NCBI GenBank assembly: GCA_964389605.1
Contig: CAYMEI010000002.1
Location: 1-32,815 of the forward strand
DNA: 32,815 nt
Direction of reading: 5' to 3'
Source of the DNA: an uncultured Candidatus Saccharibacteria bacterium
GTDB taxonomy: Bacteria; Patescibacteriota; DYJS01; CAYMEI01
Part shown: positions 18,730-25,937 of the stretch, piece by piece
Layout: every line of letters begins with the position of its first letter
How positions within the stretch are numbered: position 1 is the stretch's first letter
The notes under the pieces: model-generated
What the model was told of the DNA's origin: nothing
Database searches by the model: none
Seen by the model: the letters and a program-made list of their open reading frames with translations, nothing else
Program-made: the position numbers and the translations under genes

Positions 18730-20008
18730 GTTCTCCAGGGCGCAGAAGAGGTGTTTGTTAAAACAGGGGTTGGTGATGGTCAGGTGACTTACTGTAAACT
18801 TGTACCACAGTACGACGAGCATGATCAGATAGTTGATGTGTTAGTTGAGTACGACATAAGAAATGAAGCAGATTTCAAGGGTACTGTGATCCAGAAAGTA
18901 GTTAAAAGTGATTTCCCGGAGATGGAGGCGGCGCTACTGAAGGACGCCACAATAACTTACGGTGGGCTAGTTGATGGAAACCTTGTTAGGATTGATTATG
19001 GAGGTGAACAGATTAACCAGCCACAAGGGGTTCTTGCTCAAAGAAACCTGCCTGATTTTGGAGAACTGAAAATATACGATGCATCAGAGGATGCAGTGAC
19101 ACAGAACGGTATATTTGTTCGTGATCTTGGACCAGAGTACTTTCTGGGTGTTCCGACTCATGTACAGAAGGCACTTACAGATCACGGTATTGTTATTGAT
19201 TTACCAACCGGAATTGAACTTATAGTTTCGGGGAACGATATAGCAGGACCAGTTAAGGAAAAAGTTTTTTCACTACTACAAGATGCGATACCAGTTTTGG
19301 CTATGCAAAGCTATCTACGGCTTTTTGCAAAAGGGGCGATAAACCTGGATAGTTTGCCATATGACTTTTTTTCACAGGGAGAAGAACAGCTTATCTTTTA
19401 TAAGACAAAAAATTGACAAAGCAGTTCAGGATGATGCAGATCGCATCAGCAGAGGTGAGACGATAAAAAACTACGACAGATACTTTGATGAAAATAACTT
19501 TGTACAGCTACTTACCCTTATCCCTGGAATAAGCGTAGGTGATGAAGTTCTATCTTTACTGGAGATTGCCGAAAGAACAGCTTTAGGAGAGGAGCTTGAC
19601 CTGCCGCCTAGAATTGAATGGATGATTAACCAAGCAAAAGACCATCGTGAGCGGATTGAAAGACAAGAAGCAGCCTTTAGGGAAGAAGGGAAGAGAGAGG
19701 TTAGGGACTTTTTTGTTCAGGGTGTAGATAAAGAACAGCTGGGTGTTTATTATGTACTGGATATTGCAACAAAACTCCTGTGTTCAATTATGGGTAGTGA
19801 TGACATCCAGATATCCTACTATCTGAAACCCGATGGATCGATGGCACATGCCGCAAGGGTGACATATACAGAGGGTGACGAGACCAAAGAACTGAAATTG
19901 ATTGGGTGGAATCTTCTAGCTACAGATACACTAGACTATATTGAGGCAGTGCTTAAGAAACAGAATCCAACTGCACACCAGCGACATGAGTTCTGGGATA
20001 CAGTTCCA

Positions 20009-20023
20009 CATGAGCTAAGGCAT
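20009..20023 (+). other. HExxH (HELRH) zinc-metallopeptidase-like motif
   Basis: FWDTVPHELRHILEGSGQWTH, about 65 codons before the stop. This is a motif only and the fold is unverified. Confidence 0.3.
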
Positions 20024-20288
20024 ATCTTAGAAGGCTCAGGGCAATGGACGCACAACAGTGGTTTCTATCAGGGGCAACTGGAGCTGGTAAGAGGCTTGCT
20101 TATGAAGCCAGATTTTACTATTGAAGGCTTTGAGGAAACACTACAGAGACAAGGATGGAGTGATAGAAGAGTTTCAGTAGATGAGCTTCTGGAGTTGATG
20201 GGACAGGTGTAAGTAGAGTAAGAATAAAGACTTTCTGCACCCCTAGACATAATGGTTGCAACACCACCACACCGTAGTATAAGTTTTT

Positions 20289-21680
20289 TCACCCAACACT
20301 CCCCTCCATCTCCATATCAATAAGCTTTACAAGCTCTAGGGCAAACTCCAAGGGTAATTTTTTTATAACAGGATCAATAAATCCTCTAACAATCATACTT
20401 ATTGCAATGTCTTCCGGGATACCTCTGGCTGTTAAATAAAAAATCTTTTCCTGATCAATTTTACTCACACTTGCTTCGTGCTGAATTTTACTTGTAGAGT
20501 TGGAACATACATTTACCGGATATGTATAAGCTTTACTTTTACTGTCTGCTATTATACCATCGCAATTTATGTTACTTTGGGCATTTTGAGCTGTTGGTTT
20601 AATATCAATTTTACCCAGGTAAGTAGTATTTCCGCCATCTTTGACAATAGACTTTGACACAACTCTGGAAGTTGTATTTTTACCAATGTGAATCATTTTG
20701 GTTCCAGTGTGCTGAGTCTGATTTTCTCCAGCCATTGCCAGGGAAATAATTTCTCCGTGTGCATTATCCCCAGCCAGCACGCAACTTGGGTACTTCATGG
20801 TTACTTTTGAGCCAATATTCCCATCTATCCACTCCATTTTTGCGGATTTCTGCACAAGAGCTCTCTTGGTAACAAGATTATAAATATTATCTGCCCAGTT
20901 CTGGATTGTTGTATACTGGACTCTTGAATTTTTTTCGCAAAATACTTCTACAACAGCAGCGTGCAGGCTTTGAGATGAAAAATTGGGAGCAGTACATCCT
21001 TCTATGTATTCAACTTCTGCTCCTTCTTCTGCTATTATTAGGGTCCTTTCAAACTGTCCAAACTTTTCTGTATTAATTCTAAAATAAGCCTGAAGAGGCA
21101 TTGATACTTTTACACCCTTTGGGACAAAAACAAAACTGCCCCCACTGAAAAATACACTATTGAGAGCCGCAAATTTATTATCTGATGGTGGTATTAGTTT
21201 GCTGAAATATTTTTTTACAATTTCTGGATGTTTCTTGATTGCTGAATCTGTATCCATGAAAATTACACCCTGGTCTTCTATTATCTTTTTGGCTTTTGCC
21301 AAAACAACATCACTGTCAAACTGAACCTCTACACCACTAAAATATTTTTTTTCTGCTTCTGGAATTCCAAGCCTGTCAAAAGTTTCTTTTACTTTTTCAG
21401 GGAGCTCATCCCATTCTTCTGCCCTGGTTTTTTGGGGTTTGCTGTAGTAAACCAGTTGTTCATAGTCTATCTCGGATAAATCTGCTCCCCACTCCGGGGT
21501 TGGCATTTTATTAAAAATTTCAAGAGATTTTAGCCTGAAATCCAGCACCCATTCTGGCTCCTCTTTGATTTTGCTCATTTCAACAACTAAATCTGGAGAG
21601 ATTTTTCCTTTGACTACTCTTAAGGCAGTCTGGTTAACCGAAAATCCATACTTTGTGTAATCTCTATGAACTGTTTGCAC
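20289..21680 (-). CDS. sufB: Fe-S cluster assembly protein SufB
   Basis: 463 aa with a GTG start. It has the N-terminal YTKYGF motif, a long beta-helix region and a C-terminal ...MEMEGSVG, matching the SufB pattern over the full length. Confidence 0.9.
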   Translation of the reverse strand: MQTVHRDYTKYGFSVNQTALRVVKGKISPDLVVEMSKIKEEPEWVLDFRLKSLEIFNKMPTPEWGADLSEIDYEQLVYYSKPQKTRAEEWDELPEKVKETFDRLGIPEAEKKYFSGVEVQFDSDVVLAKAKKIIEDQGVIFMDTDSAIKKHPEIVKKYFSKLIPPSDNKFAALNSVFFSGGSFVFVPKGVKVSMPLQAYFRINTEKFGQFERTLIIAEEGAEVEYIEGCTAPNFSSQSLHAAVVEVFCEKNSRVQYTTIQNWADNIYNLVTKRALVQKSAKMEWIDGNIGSKVTMKYPSCVLAGDNAHGEIISLAMAGENQTQHTGTKMIHIGKNTTSRVVSKSIVKDGGNTTYLGKIDIKPTAQNAQSNINCDGIIADSKSKAYTYPVNVCSNSTSKIQHEASVSKIDQEKIFYLTARGIPEDIAISMIVRGFIDPVIKKLPLEFALELVKLIDMEMEGSVG

Positions 21681-21761
21681 CTGCTAATGTTAACTTAAAA
21701 GATTTTGTATAATTGTGGAGTTGTAAACAACAATTCTATCTAGAAATTAAAAAAGGTCTAA

Positions 21762-22424
21762 GTGCAAAACACTGGAGCGTTGTTTTGCAACAATACAGAT
21801 GCTAAAATAGAACTGTTAAATACCAAAAATATGGTAGTTGAATTTATAGTAGATCAAGATTATGGGGTAGAAGGCAGTCAGGTAAGTGGTATGGAGCTAC
21901 TTAAACTGATAAAAATACGGTCATCAAGTAATTTTATAATGCAACAGCTCATTAAAGATGGTAGATCCAGTCTGGAAGCTCGTAGCGCTGTATTTCCATT
22001 TGTGACATACAGAGAAAGTGGTGAATCGGAACAGATAGAAATAGTTGTCAATGAAGGACTGAATAGTATATCAGAAGAGACTATAAAAAAGTATGAACAC
22101 TTGCTAGGTTATATAAATTACCCAATATCCAGAGAAGCAGAGGAATATCTTGCACAAACTACAGAAGAAGCTGTAGAGCGTGGCTCACATAGTACAATAT
22201 TAATTGAATTTATACTTGGAAGCGGAATAAGGGGGGATGTATCTTCTGAGCTAAGAACCAGAGAGAAGGGTGTTTATTTTGAGCTTACAGAGCCATTGCG
22301 TATTGCCTACAAAGAGGAGGTTGTAGATACCAATGATATATTTGATCTTTTGTTTGGTCTTGATGATGGGTACATTTCTGGTATGCACCTTTTTGCCACA
22401 ATAGGGCTGGGGGGGAATGTTTGA
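21762..22424 (+). CDS. Hypothetical protein
   Basis: 220 aa with a GTG start (an alternative ATG lies at 21831). It is acidic, with no motif recognised, and runs divergent from sufB. Confidence 0.45.
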   Translation: MQNTGALFCNNTDAKIELLNTKNMVVEFIVDQDYGVEGSQVSGMELLKLIKIRSSSNFIMQQLIKDGRSSLEARSAVFPFVTYRESGESEQIEIVVNEGLNSISEETIKKYEHLLGYINYPISREAEEYLAQTTEEAVERGSHSTILIEFILGSGIRGDVSSELRTREKGVYFELTEPLRIAYKEEVVDTNDIFDLLFGLDDGYISGMHLFATIGLGGNV

Positions 22425-22623
22425 GTTTAATCTGCAGGACTCATCTGATGACTTAGATGAACTTTTCTTTCAATCATTTGAGAATGTGAGTTTACGGCAA
22501 AATATACTACCTAAAAATTCAATCCCTAAATCTGGCAATAAATCTACTGAGCAGATAGACAGGCTTTTTTCTGTGGCACTTAAGGCTTACAAAATGAACA
22601 AAGGTCTACTGGTTGATAGATAG
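22417..22623 (+). CDS. Hypothetical small protein, start overlapping the preceding stop
   Basis: 68 aa. Its ATG lies inside the last codons of 21762-22424 (8-nt overlap), which suggests translational coupling. Confidence 0.35.
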   Translation: MFEFNLQDSSDDLDELFFQSFENVSLRQNILPKNSIPKSGNKSTEQIDRLFSVALKAYKMNKGLLVDR

Positions 22624-22855
22624 AAAGCAAGGTTATCAGTTAAATGAAATCAGTATTTTTACTCGCCAAATATTTTTGTGATTTTGTATATTAAAAAACC
22701 AGAGCAACAAAGAGAATCCTCCATAAAGCCTGCAACACAATCAGCTCCTGTAAGAGTACCTGGAAGGAATCGGTAGATGTACTGTGGGTAACAAGGTAAA
22801 TTTTAAAGTGTGTGTACTATTTGAAAAATCATTTTTAAATGTTTGAGTTTTATTA

Positions 22856-24145
22856 GTGAGTTTAGAAACTGGTATTTTATCTGAAGAACAAAAACAGGCG
22901 CTTGATATTATAAAAAAAGGGGGGAATATATTTATTACAGGAGGGGCAGGGACGGGTAAATCATTTTTATTAAATTATTTAAAGCAGGAGTTTGATAAAA
23001 AACTGCATGTTACTGCATCTACAGGAATAGCCGCTGTAAATGTTGGGGGTACCACCCTTCACTCATGGGCATCTCTTGGGATTGGAAAGTCTGATCCGTC
23101 CAGCATTGCAAACCGTATAAAAAGGAACTTTGCTGTTTCTCAGCGGGTAAGGTTTGCACAAATGGTGGCCATTGACGAAGTTTCTATGATTTCAGCTGAA
23201 CTTTTGGATAAACTGGACCAGGTATTAAAAATTGTAAGACAAAACAACTATCCTTTTGGGGGTATACAACTGGTATTATTTGGAGATTTTTTGCAATTAC
23301 CACCTGTTTTTAAAGGTAACACCAGTGAAGGTTTTTTTGAGGAGCTAAATGAGTACTCGTTTGAATCCAGATCATGGGCAGAGGCTCAGGTGAATTCTGT
23401 AGCTTTAAAATACATGCACAGGCAGAAAGACAGTACATTCATAAATCTACTAAATAATTTAAGAGTCGGGAAGCTGAACTCGGGGGACATAGATATATTA
23501 AATTCTAGAACTAAAGCAAAAATTGATATAGATTTAAAGCCAACAATTTTAACAACCCACAACTTTCAGGCAGATATTGTAAATAAAACAGAGCTTGAGA
23601 AAATTAAAGCTAGGACGCTTGTTTTTAAGGCTAGGCAGGAGGGCGAGGAAGGTTTTCTGAGCTTTTTAAAAAAGAGCATAATGGTTCCGCTTGAGTTAAG
23701 ATTAAAAGCAGGGGCACAGGTTATAATGCTTAAAAATACTTATCAGGATTTAGGTATCATTAATGGTTCCAGGGGGGAGATAGTGAGTTTTGAGTCTGAT
23801 AGTTCTTTTCCTGTGGTTAAATTTTTAAATGGGCAGACGATAACTGTCTCTCCTGAAGAATGGAGGTATGAAGAATTAGATAATTACGGCAGAAATCAGA
23901 CAAAGGCTTTAATAAAGCAAATTCCATTAAGACTTGCATATGCAATTACTGTACATAAATCTCAAGGGATGACACTTGAGGCAATTGAATGTGATCTTGG
24001 CAGGTCTTTTAGCGAAGGGCAGGTTTATGTTGCACTTTCCAGGTCTAAGACAATTGAGGGGGTGTTTTTGAAAAGTTTTGACCATGGTCTGGTTAAAGTA
24101 AACCAGAAAGCCTTGAGTTTTTATGAACATCGGAGTTTAATATAA
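22856..24145 (+). CDS. PIF1/RecD-family SF1 DNA helicase
   Basis: 429 aa. The GTG start is required because the first internal Met lies after Walker A. Motifs: Walker A GGAGTGKS (22941-22963), Walker B VAIDEVSM, FGDFLQLPPV, AITVHKSQG and YVALSRSK. Confidence 0.85.
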   Translation: MSLETGILSEEQKQALDIIKKGGNIFITGGAGTGKSFLLNYLKQEFDKKLHVTASTGIAAVNVGGTTLHSWASLGIGKSDPSSIANRIKRNFAVSQRVRFAQMVAIDEVSMISAELLDKLDQVLKIVRQNNYPFGGIQLVLFGDFLQLPPVFKGNTSEGFFEELNEYSFESRSWAEAQVNSVALKYMHRQKDSTFINLLNNLRVGKLNSGDIDILNSRTKAKIDIDLKPTILTTHNFQADIVNKTELEKIKARTLVFKARQEGEEGFLSFLKKSIMVPLELRLKAGAQVIMLKNTYQDLGIINGSRGEIVSFESDSSFPVVKFLNGQTITVSPEEWRYEELDNYGRNQTKALIKQIPLRLAYAITVHKSQGMTLEAIECDLGRSFSEGQVYVALSRSKTIEGVFLKSFDHGLVKVNQKALSFYEHRSLI

Positions 24146-24187
24146 GATAATATTGCTTGATTAAGTAGGATATATAAATTCTGATCC

Positions 24188-24544
24188 GTGCCTGTCCCCG
24201 AAGACAGTGCTGCACTTTCTGATCTTATGAGAAGCCTACAGGATTCAGTATTTGGCTTATCTGAACCGCCATTAGTATCTTATTTTAAATATGAAGAAAG
24301 CACTGGAGATTATAGTTTTGACACAACAGTATTGGAATTTTTTGATTATAATGAATTATATGACAGTCTTAATAAAGATGAAAAGCAGGAATATGATGAT
24401 TTGCTGGCTTTGGAAGAAAGAATTCAAGAAAGATTTGGTGAACTGTATGAAGAGTTACCTGAATCAGAAAAAGCAGACATTGCAAAGATTATGGAAATTG
24501 AGGAACAGGATGGAGAGGAGTTTTTGGAAGACATAAACTCTTAA
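24188..24544 (+). CDS. Highly acidic small protein, function unknown
   Basis: 118 aa with a GTG start. There are roughly 35 Asp/Glu against fewer than 10 Lys/Arg. The C-terminus is IMEIEEQDGEEFLEDINS. The overlapping +1-frame ORF 24291-24536 is Lys/Trp-rich and looks like a shadow. Confidence 0.5.
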   Translation: MPVPEDSAALSDLMRSLQDSVFGLSEPPLVSYFKYEESTGDYSFDTTVLEFFDYNELYDSLNKDEKQEYDDLLALEERIQERFGELYEELPESEKADIAKIMEIEEQDGEEFLEDINS

Positions 24545-24595
24545 TACCTGCTTCTTATTCACCAAATTATACAAATCAATTAGAATGATCATGAT

Positions 24596-25915
24596 TTGCC
24601 AAATATTGTACCAGTACCTCAGGACTTTGAAACTGAGCTAAACATATTGTCTGCAGGCTTTTATGATAGCTCAAGTCTGCAGCAGATTTGTTTAAACCTG
24701 CAAAAAGATGAATTTTTTAATGCTTTTGCGGTTTTATTCTTTGAAATTTATCAAAAATGTTTTGATTCTGCTGTTCCGGTCAATGAAGCTACGCTCAGGG
24801 CTCAGCTGAAGAAGCTGGAAAGACATGGTCAGGATACTGAAGAATTTTTGTATAAAATAATTGCCTGTGAGCCTCAGGTGTATTCTCTGGAATACTTTAT
24901 ACAGGATTTAAAAGAAAAAGCTTCCAAGAGGCATCTTTTGAATGCATCCAAAAGAATTGCAAATCTTTCTATGTCTACAATTGATCTGAATGAAGTGCTG
25001 GATGAAACAGAAAAACTTATTTTTGAGATCACCCAGAAATCTGCCAGAAAGACTTTTCTTAAAATATCTGATGTTCTTACCAGCAGTTTTGACAGAATAG
25101 AAAAACTTGCAGAAACTGGATCCGGGCTCAGGGGCATACCAACTGGTTTTAATGATCTGGACAGGTGTTTGTCTGGGCTACAAAATGGGGATTTTATAAT
25201 TATTGCAGCAAGACCTTCTGTGGGTAAATCTTCGCTGGGTTTTTCTCTTGGGAGGTATGCTTCGGTAGAGAAAAATTATTCCGTAGGTATTTTTTCTCTG
25301 GAGATGTCTGCCGACCAGATATCTGATAGATTTTTGAGTATTGAGGGGGAAATTGATCTTGCAAGGATAAGGAGTGGTCAATTAAGGGATGAGGATTATG
25401 CAAATCTGGCAGAGGCAATTGGTAAATTATCCGAAGCCAAAATTTATATAGAAGATTCTTCTATGTCGGGTATCTTAGACATAAAGGCAAAGGCTCGCAG
25501 GGCCAAGTCTGAGCATAGTCTGGATTTGATTATCATTGATTACCTTCAGCTGATAGAAGGAAACAAGGGAAAGGAGAATCGTGCCCAGGAGGTTTCGGAT
25601 ATTTCAAGACAACTCAAAAGCCTTGCAAGAGAGCTCAATGTTCCTGTTATAGCTTTGTCACAGCTTTCCAGAGCAGTTGAAAGCAGACCAAATAAAAAAC
25701 CAATCCTTTCAGATTTAAGAGAATCCGGATCAATTGAGCAGGATGCAGATGTGGTAATGTTTATTCACAGGGCAGATCTGTATTCACAGATGGAAGACCC
25801 GGAGGCTGCTGGCAGTGCAGAGATTATTGTAGCAAAACACAGAAATGGACCAACGGGTGTGTTTAAGCTTGGGTGGGTTGCCGAATTTGCAACATTTAAG
25901 GATATTTCTCAGTAA
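24596..25915 (+). CDS. dnaB: Replicative DNA helicase DnaB
   Basis: 439 aa. The TTG start is required to retain the N-terminal domain. Motifs: ETELNILSAGF, GFNDLDRCLSGLQNGDFIIIAARPSVGKSS (Walker A), IIDYLQLI, SQLSRAVESR and SDLRESGSIEQDADVVMFIHR. Confidence 0.95.
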   Translation: MPNIVPVPQDFETELNILSAGFYDSSSLQQICLNLQKDEFFNAFAVLFFEIYQKCFDSAVPVNEATLRAQLKKLERHGQDTEEFLYKIIACEPQVYSLEYFIQDLKEKASKRHLLNASKRIANLSMSTIDLNEVLDETEKLIFEITQKSARKTFLKISDVLTSSFDRIEKLAETGSGLRGIPTGFNDLDRCLSGLQNGDFIIIAARPSVGKSSLGFSLGRYASVEKNYSVGIFSLEMSADQISDRFLSIEGEIDLARIRSGQLRDEDYANLAEAIGKLSEAKIYIEDSSMSGILDIKAKARRAKSEHSLDLIIIDYLQLIEGNKGKENRAQEVSDISRQLKSLARELNVPVIALSQLSRAVESRPNKKPILSDLRESGSIEQDADVVMFIHRADLYSQMEDPEAAGSAEIIVAKHRNGPTGVFKLGWVAEFATFKDISQ

Positions 25916-25937
25916 AGATTGTGTTATAATATACTTC

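Larger units (their letters stand above)
14466..20212 (+). pseudogene. Giant tandem-GHKL (Hsp90/MutL/sacsin-like ATPase) protein with C-terminal HExxH motif, disrupted
   Basis: Seven track ORFs join into one reading frame of about 1,900 codons: 14466-14753, 14650-15150, 15214-15978, 15994-16269, 16214-16600, 16597-19416 and 19361-20212. The join needs +1 slips at G6 14729-14734 and A7 16244-16250. It also needs a -1 slip at T6 16523-16528 and a +1 slip at A6 19407-19412 (or T7 19366-19372). TAA 15148-15150 and TAG 15976-15978 must be read through. In-frame sequence stays open across both stops. Confidence 0.65.

Noticed and set aside
14182-20288. GHKL locus as a bounded mobile element or prophage fragment
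   Set aside because: No integrase, transposase or recombinase gene, flanking direct repeats or terminal inverted repeats could be found by eye at 14182-14465 versus 20213-20288. Only the compositional shift supports foreign origin.
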